The notes under the pieces: generated by a model
Databases searched by the model: none
What the model was told of the DNA's origin: nothing
The model's input: the letters and a program-made list of their open reading frames with translations, nothing else
DNA from: a virus
Lineage: Duplodnaviria; Caudoviricetes
Strand: one strand, 5' to 3'
Virus record (IMG/VR): IMGVR_UViG_3300044709_000083
Coordinates: 1-44,734 of that record
Length of the DNA: 44,734 nucleotides
Shown: piece after piece, positions 1-8,381 of the stretch
Layout of the letters: every line of letters begins with the position of its first letter
Numbering within the stretch: position 1 is the stretch's first letter
Position numbers and translations under genes: made by a program

Positions 1-127
1 GCTGCAGCGCCTGTTGCTCGGCCTGCGCCGCGGCGTTTGCCTCATCATCCGAGGCCACCAGCGACGGGTCGACGCTCAGCCCGTCCGCATACTGATCGAC
101 GACGGCATTCGGCTTGATCTTGTGCCG
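1..127. repeat. Terminal direct repeat (identical to 44608-44734), circular assembly overlap
   Basis: The first 127 nt (gctgcagcgc...cttgtgccg) recur exactly at the window end; it lies inside the portal ORF. Confidence 0.95.
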
Positions 128-1621
128 CAGCGCCGGAAACATCTGCGCGAGGCCCGCGGTCGTGCTCATGAACCGATCCAGCTTCACCACGCCCACGAGC
201 TTCATCGCCTGCGCGAGCACGGACGTGTATTCCACGACGAGTTCGACGCCGCGCAATTCCTCGGGCGGTTCGGGAATCAGCCCCGCGCGCAGCATCATCG
301 CAAACGTGCGATCGACCAGCGGATCGAACAGGTGATCATTAAAGGTCTCATAGGCCGGCAGCAGCGCGAGAATCTTTTCGTCGTGCCGTTCCGTCACTTC
401 GCGGGCGGTGAGCGGTTGCGCCCCGCGCGAATCATCCGAGGCCAGCATCAGGAACAGGTCGACAAACAGCCCCTTGTTGACCCGCTGCTGTGTCTGCTGG
501 ATGTCCATCACGAGATACTGAATATCCGGCTTCACCTCGTGAATCGGTCGCAAGCCGTGTTGCCCAGCGGCGGTGTCGACGTAGGTGATCGACCCGGGTA
601 GGAGCGAGGGATTCTGTGAACGTAGATGCGACGGTCCCTGGGTCGGCGGGAAGACCATTTTCTCAATGGCCTGCCCCTTGCGCTTCTGTTGAATCTGGAG
701 CTGCTTCACCGCACTCAGGACGTTCATACACGGGCAGGACGTGCCGTAGGTGTCTTCCGGGTCGACATACCAGCGCGGCGCCATCACCGGGAACTCGTGA
801 AAGCCTGACTCCCGCAGCGTCTTATCCTCGCTGCACGACTTCTCGAAGTGACAGGAGATGAACGGAAACGCACGGCGGTCGAGGGTATCCGGCTCATAGT
901 CGCGGTTGGGTTCCACCACCCAACAGACATCGACGCTCTGATCGTAGCGCCCTTGGTCCCACTGATTCTTGACTTCTTGCGAGAACCGCGACCAGTCGGG
1001 TGTGTCGCCGCGCTTCAGTTCGCGGCCGTTCGGTCCCCCGAATTGCTCGACCAGTTGCCCGATGGTCTTCTGATACTCGCGCACGAAGGTGTCGACCAGC
1101 CCGCGGTTGTCCATGCCGAGGGCGTAGCTCCCGATCGGATACGGATAGGCGCGAAACAGATCCTCGGTGTCCTCCAGAATCCCGAGGGCGCCCGTGGCGA
1201 ACGCCAGCACGTCGCCGTAGACCGTCGGCAAGGCGTTGTAGAGATTGCTCAGACGGAAAACGATGTGCATGCGCTCTTGCACGTCAAAGAGCCACTGCTT
1301 CACGTCGGGGCGCTTGTTCATCGCCGGGTCGGGCACCGAGAGTGCCATCCAGGGACGATTCGGACTCGTCATCCCCGCATGCAAGCCCGACTTCGCCGTA
1401 TCGAGCGCGAAGACGCCCGTTTCGTCAATGATGGTCTGATTGCGGCGGTCGCCCTTGTTGCGGTCGGTCAGCGAGAACCGCGGCCGGACGGGAAAGAAGT
1501 TGTTGGCGATTTCCTTCCAGTGGACATCAAACGAACTGCGCTCGTTCCACAGGGATTGCTGCAGGCGCTTGTAGCGCTCGCGCTTCGTCAGTCCGTTCGG
1601 ACCACTGGCGTAATTCGCCAC
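1..1621 (-). CDS. Portal (head-tail connector) protein, BPP-1 Bbp21-like, 5' part; continues across the origin to 44492 (about 578 aa in total)
   Basis: Not in the ORF track because it runs off the end. GTG at 1621 translates MANYASGPNGLTKRERYKRLQQSLWNERSSFDVHWKEI...NKGDRRNQTIID...SGLHAGMTSPNRPW; later AIEKMVFPP...SLLPGSITYVD, typical of this portal family. Frame spot-checked, not read end to end. Confidence 0.92.
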   Translation of the reverse strand, partial: MANYASGPNGLTKRERYKRLQQSLWNERSSFDVHWKEIANNFFPVRPRFSLTDRNKGDRRNQTIIDETGVFALDTAKSGLHAGMTSPNRPWMALSVPDPAMNKRPDVKQWLFDVQERMHIVFRLSNLYNALPTVYGDVLAFATGALGILEDTEDLFRAYPYPIGSYALGMDNRGLVDTFVREYQKTIGQLVEQFGGPNGRELKRGDTPDWSRFSQEVKNQWDQGRYDQSVDVCWVVEPNRDYEPDTLDRRAFPFISCHFEKSCSEDKTLRESGFHEFPVMAPRWYVDPEDTYGTSCPCMNVLSAVKQLQIQQKRKGQAIEKMVFPPTQGPSHLRSQNPSLLPGSITYVDTAAGQHGLRPIHEVKPDIQYLVMDIQQTQQRVNKGLFVDLFLMLASDDSRGAQPLTAREVTERHDEKILALLPAYETFNDHLFDPLVDRTFAMMLRAGLIPEPPEELRGVELVVEYTSVLAQAMKLVGVVKLDRFMSTTAGLAQMFPALRHKIKPNAVVDQYADGLSVDPSLVASDDEANAAAQAEQQALQ

Positions 1622-2299
1622 CTAGTAACCCAACAACGTGGCCATCCGCGTGGACGGATGCCCCGACCCAAACCCACCGAGAATCGTGGTGTGCCGCCCC
1701 AAGGCTTGCGACTTCTTCCGCTGTCTGGCCGCGGCATCGAGCGCGGCCTTCGCGGCCGACGATCCGCCCGGATCAGTAATCGGAGGCTGCACCCGGCCCG
1801 CTGGCGCAGCCGGTGCGGTCGGTGGCGTATACGGCTGCAGCGCTTCGCCTGGTGAGTTCGGATCCTGATAGTCCTGCCGCGGGATCGTGTTCCCGATGGT
1901 GTCGAGCGTATCAGGGGCGCCAGGCACACCAAGGATCGTGGCTGAAGGCGCAGAGGTCGCCGGCGTGGACGAGAGCGTATACCCGCCCTTGGTCAAGTCA
2001 GACTGCAGCCGGCCGGTCCAATAGCCGATGTTATTCTCGCCCTTCGTGGTCTTGTCGGTCCAGCCGCCCGTGTCGAGAATCTTCTGGGCGTAATAGCCCT
2101 TGTCGATCGGCCCGCTTCCAGACCCGCCCGGCGTGATGCCCCAGGAGCGATACAAGGCATCCAGTTGCTCGTTGATGTAGTCGAGGCTCAGTGGGTCCAC
2201 CGAGGTCGGTTGATTACGTCCTGGGGCCGCGGGGCGCACCTGGGGCGGCAATCTCGCGATGAGGTCTTCCGCGCTGGTCGACGTGTCAATGATCGGCAT
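1622..2299 (-). CDS. Hypothetical virion-module protein between terL and portal
   Basis: 225 aa ORF abutting both neighbours; basic C-terminal tail (ARQRKKSQALGRHTTILGG...TLLG) resembles small pre-portal proteins of BPP-1-like phages. Confidence 0.7.
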   Translation of the reverse strand: MPIIDTSTSAEDLIARLPPQVRPAAPGRNQPTSVDPLSLDYINEQLDALYRSWGITPGGSGSGPIDKGYYAQKILDTGGWTDKTTKGENNIGYWTGRLQSDLTKGGYTLSSTPATSAPSATILGVPGAPDTLDTIGNTIPRQDYQDPNSPGEALQPYTPPTAPAAPAGRVQPPITDPGGSSAAKAALDAAARQRKKSQALGRHTTILGGFGSGHPSTRMATLLGY

Positions 2300-3755
2300 A
2301 GATCGCCTCCGTCTGCCGATACGGATCGAACTCCGTCGCCTGCTGCTGTCGCGCGCGCGCCGTGAGCGCCGCCCCCGGCCCAGTGGCCGTCGCGGGCATA
2401 TCTACCAACCCGAAGGTCAGCGCCAGGGCATCCGCCAAGTCTGGAGACCGGCCAAGGCGTTTCTTGACTTGGTCCTTGTCTTCGAGCAGGAACTTTCCGC
2501 GATGAAACGCATACGTCGGGGACGTGAGTTCGGGCACCATCTCAGGGATCGGCGGCAGTGCCCCGCCGCGCTTCACCCATTCCGCCATCGCGAACCAGAT
2601 TTCGGCCCGCCGGTTCGCATACCGTGGGTCAACTGCCGGCGCTGCGAACTGCACGTCGATCGGGGACTGCCCCGCCGCACGCATCACGTCTACCGCACCG
2701 GCGGCCCAACCGCCCGTGGCGTCGAAGAACTCGACTTCGCTCCCCCACTTGGCTTTCGCAGCCATCACCCGATTGGCAATATCCACCGACACGGACGTGC
2801 CCCGGTCGTGCCGAAGCACCATCGGCCGGAACGCCGCCAGTCCCCACCGCGGGAAAATCACGGTGCGGTCATCCCCGTAACGCGCCACATCGACCCCAAG
2901 CCGCCGCTGTGACCATTCGTATTGATCCTCGCGGAGATGCCGCCGCATCGCCTGATTGACTTCCTCCACACCCAAGAGCGCATTGAGAGAGGCTGACGGG
3001 AATTGCCCGAGCACATTGACCATGACCCACGGATTATCGCGGCCATACGTGAGCACTTGCTGCTGCGCCCACCCGAGGTCAATGCGCGAGGCGCGCTTCG
3101 GATCATCCGGGTCGCCGGTCACGTCCACGACATACCAGAGGTCGCGCTGCGTCGTGCAAGCCGTATAAAGCGGTCCCTCTAGCTGTGTCGGGTTGCCCGC
3201 CTGGAGCACCTTCGTCTCAACACCTGACGCCAACACCGCTTCCGCCGTGACCGCAATCGCCTGCGGGATCGAGCCGCTTTCGTCCATCACAAACAGCATG
3301 TAGGGCGAATGCAGACCGGCGAGGGCATCCGACTGCTGTTGCGCGTCCGCACTCTTCGACCACTGCCGCGCGCTCACCCACCACGTCCCAGGATGCAGTT
3401 TGTTGGTAATGCGCTCTTTGTGCCAGTCGAACGCCGCCGACAAAAGCGGGGACTTTCCCATCCACAGCGCGAGTTCTTTCCAGAGGCCATCACGGAGGTT
3501 GTCGCCCGAGATGGAAATCGCGGCAATCTGGGACTCAGGGCGCGTGCAGAGGAAGTTCAGGATGCACCACGCGAGCAGGGTCGTTTTCCCGCAGCCCTTC
3601 GCCGCCTTGAGCGCGAGCCGCTTCACCGTGGGGAAATGGGAAAGGGCGTCGGCTTGCCAATCGTCCGGTTCCGCGTGGAGTTCTTCTTTGACGAAGGCGA
3701 CCGGATCGAGCGCCCACCGCTTGAGTTTCTGCGCGGCGGACTCGTGGCGACTCAC
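2286..3755 (-). CDS. terL: Terminase large subunit
   Basis: Walker A-like AAKGCGKT, Walker B FVMDES, AGNP motif, RNase H-like nuclease LGVDVARYGDD and C-terminal SPDLADALAL; likely GTG start at 3755 overlapping the terS stop. Confidence 0.95.
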   Translation of the reverse strand: MSRHESAAQKLKRWALDPVAFVKEELHAEPDDWQADALSHFPTVKRLALKAAKGCGKTTLLAWCILNFLCTRPESQIAAISISGDNLRDGLWKELALWMGKSPLLSAAFDWHKERITNKLHPGTWWVSARQWSKSADAQQQSDALAGLHSPYMLFVMDESGSIPQAIAVTAEAVLASGVETKVLQAGNPTQLEGPLYTACTTQRDLWYVVDVTGDPDDPKRASRIDLGWAQQQVLTYGRDNPWVMVNVLGQFPSASLNALLGVEEVNQAMRRHLREDQYEWSQRRLGVDVARYGDDRTVIFPRWGLAAFRPMVLRHDRGTSVSVDIANRVMAAKAKWGSEVEFFDATGGWAAGAVDVMRAAGQSPIDVQFAAPAVDPRYANRRAEIWFAMAEWVKRGGALPPIPEMVPELTSPTYAFHRGKFLLEDKDQVKKRLGRSPDLADALALTFGLVDMPATATGPGAALTARARQQQATEFDPYRQTEAIYADH

Positions 3756-4198
3756 ATCACCCGCCCGGTCAACTGCTTGGGTTCGTCCTTGCCGACGAGG
3801 AGGTCGAGCAAATCCGTCGAGCCAAGTTCGACGCGCTGGATATATTCGCCGTGCATCTTGGCCGCTTGGTCGCAAGCTTTCAATCGCGCGAACAACGGCG
3901 CCGCCGTGTCACGGATGACGCCCGTAAGAAACTCCAAGCGCTCTTGCCGATCGGCAATGGCCGTCGTCTCGGATCGTTCCACCTTCTGGCTAATCGCGAC
4001 CCGCACATTATCTTTTTTTAACAACCGATGGCCGAGCACGCCGGCGCTGACGCTCGCATAGCCAGCCAGTTCAGCAGCTTTCGTCGCGTTACCAGCTGCA
4101 GAACCGACGAATGCCACAACAAAGCGCCGTTCCCGTTCAGAGAGAGGTTTCGTGGCGATGGCTGAGTATGCGCGCACGGAGGGGGAAGCGTCAAGCAC
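3752..4198 (-). CDS. terS: Terminase small subunit
   Basis: LSERERRFV...GNATKAAELAGYA...GHRLLKK HTH signature, directly upstream of terL; start uncertain. Confidence 0.88.
   Translation of the reverse strand: MLDASPSVRAYSAIATKPLSERERRFVVAFVGSAAGNATKAAELAGYASVSAGVLGHRLLKKDNVRVAISQKVERSETTAIADRQERLEFLTGVIRDTAAPLFARLKACDQAAKMHGEYIQRVELGSTDLLDLLVGKDEPKQLTGRVM
4165..4194 (-). promoter_or_regulatory. Putative sigma70-type promoter for the packaging/head operon
   Basis: TTGACG (4194-4189), 18 bp, CATACT (4170-4165). Confidence 0.55.
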
Positions 4199-4491
4199 TA
4201 CATCTTCGCGAGCGCGGCGCGGAACCAGGGGCCAAAGGGCTGAAAGAACAACGGGCCAGTGTGCTTGAGGTAATCGCAGCAGATGGCGTGCAGTTCATCT
4301 CGTTCGCGTTCGGCGTCTGCTCGGGCCTGCTCGACGGCGGCGAGGGCGTCCAGCACAGTGCGCCATGACATGCGCAACCGATCCCAATGGGCGTCACCGT
4401 TCACGGTGATCCACTGCTGGAGCACTTGCTCAGCCTCTCTTAGCACGGCGTCGGCGTCTGGGCGGGGCGCGGGAGGATCAGGCTTCGACAT
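4198..4491 (-). CDS. Hypothetical protein
   Basis: 97 aa ORF tightly packed in the operon. Confidence 0.6.
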   Translation of the reverse strand: MSKPDPPAPRPDADAVLREAEQVLQQWITVNGDAHWDRLRMSWRTVLDALAAVEQARADAERERDELHAICCDYLKHTGPLFFQPFGPWFRAALAKM

Positions 4492-4881
4492 CTAGCCCTC
4501 GAACAGCAGCGCCCGCACCGCGCAATCCTTCGCTTCCAACAACTTTCGCAACGCGACCGTCCGTTCCGGATTACTGGGAAGCGTGGCGATGATGTGCGTG
4601 GCGAGTTCTCCGAACGGCTTGCTGACCGCTTGGAGGTGAGACGGCAGATGCGCGAAGCGAAAGAACTGCTCCATGCGGTCAATGGGCCGTCCAGTTGTCG
4701 GCACTCGCTCAGCGGAATCAGTTTCCAGGCCATGCCCAGCCCGCATTTTCTCCTGTAAGGTGCGAATGAGAATCGCTTCCGCGTCGGGGTGCTTCTTGTT
4801 CAATTCCTCAAACACGGCCCGCTTGGTCTCACCTGACGCCTCGCCGAGCACGTTCCCATCTCTGTCGAATGCTTGTCCCAT
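4492..4881 (-). CDS. Conserved phage helical-hairpin protein (possible Acb2/Tad1-like fold)
   Basis: C-terminal QFFRFAHLPSHLQAVSKPFGELA...PERTVALRKLLEAKDCAVRA is a motif I recognise as common in phages; function is inference. Confidence 0.7.
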   Translation of the reverse strand: MGQAFDRDGNVLGEASGETKRAVFEELNKKHPDAEAILIRTLQEKMRAGHGLETDSAERVPTTGRPIDRMEQFFRFAHLPSHLQAVSKPFGELATHIIATLPSNPERTVALRKLLEAKDCAVRALLFEG

Positions 4882-4907
4882 CTCTCACGCTCCTGTTTTG
4901 TTTCGAT

Positions 4908-5429
4908 CTATTTTGCGACCTTTGGCTGTGGCTCCTCGGCGGGTGGGAGCGCAGCGGCCAGAAGGGTTCGCGCTCGCTCAAATCCGCACGTCTCGGTATG
5001 CGTCTTGGTCGGGTTCCGCAATGTGCCCGAATCACAGAAGGGGCATCCGAATGGCTCGGCGAGAATCAGCCGCAGTGCCTCAATCGCATCATCCATCGAC
5101 GGCGGGCACTCATGGGCCATATCGAAGACGAACCCGGAGTGACAGTTGCAGCAGTGCACGTCCATCGCGGTGCCGTGCTCACACACGATGTGTGGCGGCT
5201 CGGCGGGCGTGGCGGCCTCTCGCACGACTTGACGCAATACCCGTTCGGCCGCGTCCACCGCACAGCCTTTCGCGTGGGTTTGATCGCTAGGATAGGCGCT
5301 CTCGGGTCGATGCTCCGTATCGCACACTCCGCACAGTCGCCACGAGGCAGAACTGCCCTCCGTATAGCAGGCGTCCGCGAGATCCGACAGCGTGTCTCGC
5401 AGCAACCTCGCGCGATCGGTCTCGGTCAT
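4908..5429 (-). CDS. Cys/His-rich putative zinc-binding protein
   Basis: Two CxxC...HxxxC modules plus CEH...HCCNCH. Confidence 0.6.
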   Translation of the reverse strand: MTETDRARLLRDTLSDLADACYTEGSSASWRLCGVCDTEHRPESAYPSDQTHAKGCAVDAAERVLRQVVREAATPAEPPHIVCEHGTAMDVHCCNCHSGFVFDMAHECPPSMDDAIEALRLILAEPFGCPFCDSGTLRNPTKTHTETCGFERARTLLAAALPPAEEPQPKVAK

Positions 5430-5704
5430 CGCAACACCAAAGCCAGTGCTTCATCTACTGACCGCACCACAGGATACAGCAACTCTGACGTGCCATATTT
5501 TACGTAGGCTTGACACTGACGCTTCGTGGATCCGCCTTTCGCGGTCTTCACTTCAAGCGGATACCACTGTCCGCGGAAACCAACAAGCAAATCCGGCAAG
5601 TCCGGCCCTGAGATGCGCTCCACACGCGCCCCGATCTTCCGAAGCGCCTGGACAATGCTCGGCTCATTGGCGTCTCTGCGCTTCTTGGCGCCTCCGGTTC
5701 TCAT
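5426..5704 (-). CDS. PD-(D/E)XK endonuclease (VRR-NUC/resolvase-like)
   Basis: RRDANE..IVQALRKIG...PDLLVG...LEVKT motif; ATG at 5704 overlaps the upstream TGA. Confidence 0.85.
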   Translation of the reverse strand: MRTGGAKKRRDANEPSIVQALRKIGARVERISGPDLPDLLVGFRGQWYPLEVKTAKGGSTKRQCQAYVKYGTSELLYPVVRSVDEALALVLR

Positions 5705-5907
5705 CGCTTCCACGCCGGGACAGGCTTCGGCTTGTCAGTTGTCACGGTCATTTTGTAGCCGTGCTCTTTAAGCACTGAAGCGATATCCATCAACCAGAGA
5801 TCCACGATAGCGCCTGCCGCGGTCAAATCGTCCCGCACGGCATAGAATCGCTCTCGAAGCTTGGCATTGGAATGAAATTCGATCACTCCGAGTTTAACCC
5901 TTCTCAC
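5701..5907 (-). CDS. Hypothetical protein
   Basis: 68 aa, coupled overlaps at both ends. Confidence 0.55.
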   Translation of the reverse strand: MRRVKLGVIEFHSNAKLRERFYAVRDDLTAAGAIVDLWLMDIASVLKEHGYKMTVTTDKPKPVPAWKR

Positions 5908-6188
5908 AACGCGCCCGCCTTCAACGCCTTCCAGTCTCGCGTCAGCGGCGTATCCACATCGAGTAAGCGCGTGAAATCCACACCAAGCGGCGCCTGGACC
6001 GTGGTCACGTCCCGCTGGAGCTCGGGAGAGTCATCACTGCACGAGCGGCAGCGATGGCGCGCGCCTGAGACCCATCCTGGCACATTCACGTTCGGCACGC
6101 GCACTTGCTGATGCTCCTCGCCTTTCAGGATCGGTTGGCGACAGCCCCCACAGACAAGTTCGGTCTCAGCTGGCACCCAGTGTCTCAT
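5904..6188 (-). CDS. Zinc-finger hypothetical protein
   Basis: CGGC...HRCRSC; ATG at 6188 overlaps the upstream stop. Confidence 0.6.
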   Translation of the reverse strand: MRHWVPAETELVCGGCRQPILKGEEHQQVRVPNVNVPGWVSGARHRCRSCSDDSPELQRDVTTVQAPLGVDFTRLLDVDTPLTRDWKALKAGAL

Positions 6189-6400
6189 GACTGCATCCGT
6201 CCGGCGCGGTCCTGATCCACGATCGCCAGCCACTCGACAATCGCTTGCCCCAAAATCACGATGAGACGCAGACAATATTCGCATTGCTGCACGCCCTCGT
6301 CCCCGTGTGACTTCGCACAGTGACCAGCAAGGGCTTCTCGCACCTCGTCGCGCTCAAAGATGAGGGTCAAATCTGAAGATGGCACGAGGTTAAACGTCAT
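6185..6400 (-). CDS. Hypothetical protein
   Basis: Short ORF with HC..SH...CEYC, in operon. Confidence 0.55.
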   Translation of the reverse strand: MTFNLVPSSDLTLIFERDEVREALAGHCAKSHGDEGVQQCEYCLRLIVILGQAIVEWLAIVDQDRAGRMQS

Positions 6401-6401
6401 C

Positions 6402-6557
6402 TCACGCGCTCGCGGGCTTGCCGGGATAGACCGCATCAATGGCGCGACGGATCAGTTCTGCGACAGACAGGCCCGTGCCCTTAGCCCGCGCTTTTAAGGC
6501 TTTCAGTTGCGGGACGGTGAGATACATTTGCACCCGTCGCATCTGTCGCTGAGCCAT
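6402..6557 (-). CDS. Ribbon-helix-helix (CopG/Arc-like) DNA-binding protein
   Basis: MRRVQMYLT...LKARAKGTGLSVAELIRRAID, a canonical RHH pattern. Confidence 0.85.
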   Translation of the reverse strand: MAQRQMRRVQMYLTVPQLKALKARAKGTGLSVAELIRRAIDAVYPGKPASA

Positions 6558-6559
6558 TG

Positions 6560-7297
6560 TTACGCGAGAATCGACACGCCGGAAGGTAATGCGTTGCTGA
6601 GCCATTCTCGCACGCGTTCGATCGCTTGTAATCGCCATGCGCCGCCATCCGCCTCGAAGAGTCCAGCCTCTGGCAGTCCGCCAGCCTTGCCTTGATTCAC
6701 CCGCAGCACGAACAGCGAGGACGGCTGCACGATGTCGCGAAACGTGCGAAACGGCGTGAGAAGCACGGGATTGGGCACCGCGACATCAGAAATCAGCGCC
6801 ACGCCCGCTCGCGCCTGCACGACTTGCGTCACGCCATCATCGAGCGCGGTCTTCACGGTTTCGTGCTTCACATTGCTCAACAGCGCCAGCACACGCTTGC
6901 GATCGTCGGCGTCCACGAACCGCACCTGGAGGCCAATCACAAATTCTTCGAGCGCCATGAACTTGCCTAGAAACCCGTCAGTCAGATTCGACGCATTAGC
7001 CTTGACATAAGACTCCCGCACGCGCGCACGCTCAGAGAGTTTCCCGCTCACCATGACAACGGACGGATTCACCACATGCACGATCAACGTGTCAAGCGCG
7101 AGTCCGTCACGATTCGCGATCAGGTAATCCCGCAGCGCCCCAAGCGACCAGACATCCAGCACGGCCGCCACTGGACCAGGACGCACCAGCGACGCCGGAT
7201 CCTCAACGAGCCAGTCATTCGGGCGATAGAGAAACCCGCCCAACTCTTGCGGCTTGCGCGCCAGACCGGCGATTTGTTCCACAGCAGGACCATCCAT
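6560..7297 (-). CDS. Conserved phage protein (partner of the upstream 'replication terminator-like' protein)
   Basis: PNPVLLTPFRTFRDIVQPSSLFVLRV...GLFEADGGAW motif of a widespread two-gene phage module. Confidence 0.8.
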   Translation of the reverse strand: MDGPAVEQIAGLARKPQELGGFLYRPNDWLVEDPASLVRPGPVAAVLDVWSLGALRDYLIANRDGLALDTLIVHVVNPSVVMVSGKLSERARVRESYVKANASNLTDGFLGKFMALEEFVIGLQVRFVDADDRKRVLALLSNVKHETVKTALDDGVTQVVQARAGVALISDVAVPNPVLLTPFRTFRDIVQPSSLFVLRVNQGKAGGLPEAGLFEADGGAWRLQAIERVREWLSNALPSGVSILA

Positions 7298-7653
7298 CAG
7301 TCACCATCCTTTTTCTGGAACGTCGCCACGGCCGCCAACGATTGACGCGCCTCATCAAAGAGGCTCGATTGACGCGGGTCGCTCTCTACGGCGATCAGTC
7401 TCCCGTCGCGCTTCCCCATGAACAGTTGCGTCGAGACCGTCATGATGCCAGCGAGCTTCGAGCCGCAGGTGAGTTCCACATCCGCCACATCCCGATCCCG
7501 ATTCGGCTTGAATTTCACCGTGATCGTCATCACGCGCTTGGTTGTGGTGTCCGTGTTGGGATCCGTGATGTTTGAGAGGATCCGCGACAGTTCCGCATCG
7601 AACAGTTCTGAGAGTGCCCCGCCGCCAATCGTATCGAGTGTCACACCTTGCAT
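7297..7653 (-). CDS. Conserved phage protein (often annotated replication terminator protein)
   Basis: GGALSELFDAELSRILSNITDPNT...KRVMTITVKFKP...SKLA; likely start ATG 7653 after AAGGGG and just downstream of a promoter. Confidence 0.8.
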   Translation of the reverse strand: MQGVTLDTIGGGALSELFDAELSRILSNITDPNTDTTTKRVMTITVKFKPNRDRDVADVELTCGSKLAGIMTVSTQLFMGKRDGRLIAVESDPRQSSLFDEARQSLAAVATFQKKDGD

Positions 7654-7675
7654 CGTTGGCCCCTTTCGAGTCGCC

Positions 7676-7704
7676 ATCTTATACATTCAACTAATGTATG
7701 TCAA
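7676..7704 (-). promoter_or_regulatory. Strong sigma70 promoter with an inverted-repeat operator in the spacer
   Basis: TTGACA (7704-7699), 17 bp, TAAGAT (7681-7676); ATACATT-N5-AATGTAT at 7681-7699. Confidence 0.85.
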
Positions 7705-7707
7705 GCG

Positions 7708-8088
7708 CTACTGTTCCGCCTCCAGCAGCGGCACCCCGCGGGCGCGGCGGCCGTCGTTGATGATCCGCCGGGTGCATTCAGTGGATCGCTCACAGGGCGG
7801 CATGTGCGGGCATTCGCTGCGGCGTTTCACGGGCTCGATCGCCAGATAGCGTAACGGATCTTTGAGCCACAACCCGAGCGGATGCCGCGCCTTCCGAGGA
7901 AATTGATCCTCCGTCTCGAAATAGGCGGCAATTGCTCGGCACAGCAGCTCGGCCCCGTGCGCGTCCGCGTGCTGCGACAACTCCATGAATTGCAGCGGGG
8001 AGACGAGCACGGAGCAGACGTAGCCATAGCGATCACGCCAGGCCGCACGGAACGTGTCGAGAATCACGGCTTCTGGCGCGTCGCTCAT
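7708..8088 (-). CDS. Hypothetical protein resembling the C-terminal part of phage replication initiators
   Basis: AIAAYFETEDQFPRKARHPLGLWLKDPLRYL pattern plus a C-terminal Cys cluster; function is inference. Confidence 0.55.
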   Translation of the reverse strand: MSDAPEAVILDTFRAAWRDRYGYVCSVLVSPLQFMELSQHADAHGAELLCRAIAAYFETEDQFPRKARHPLGLWLKDPLRYLAIEPVKRRSECPHMPPCERSTECTRRIINDGRRARGVPLLEAEQ

Positions 8089-8381
8089 GACCGGCTCTCA
8101 TCGCCGCTCATCACGTCGCTTCCCCCAAACGACGGATATGGTTCGCGTCCATACTGCTGCGTCAATTCTTTCAAGAGCGCGCGCTTCACAAATTCTGACG
8201 TGGAGATGTTCTGCACTCTCGCTGCACCTTTGATGAGCGCCAGATCATCTCGCGTCACCTTACAACTCACATACGACATCTTCGTGTTCATTCCCGCATC
8301 CTTTCTCTCTTGTTGTCGCTCCATGCGAGCAGGTTTCAGGGAACCGCGAAGGCAGAGAACGGATCCCGCGCAGCCAAGCAC
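8085..8381 (-). CDS. RHH/DUF1778-like DNA-binding protein
   Basis: YVSCKVTRDDLALIKGAARVQNISTSEFVKRALL; AGGAGG precedes GTG 8381; alternative start at MNTKM. Confidence 0.7.
   Translation of the reverse strand: MLGCAGSVLCLRGSLKPARMERQQERKDAGMNTKMSYVSCKVTRDDLALIKGAARVQNISTSEFVKRALLKELTQQYGREPYPSFGGSDVMSGDESRS

Noticed and set aside
1-127. 127 bp repeat as a biological direct terminal repeat
   Set aside because: It falls mid-portal gene and equals a common assembler k-mer length, so it is most likely a circularisation artefact
14-1855. Long + strand ORFs (14-601, 848-1855) and similar ones genome-wide (e.g. 12141-13097, 27166-28194, 34648-35616)
   Set aside because: Antisense shadows of high-GC minus-strand genes, with Arg/His-rich translations and no motifs
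4013-4019. A AAA AAA slippery site in terS that could fuse TerS to TerL
   Set aside because: The -1 frame hits TAA immediately (AAA AGA TAA)
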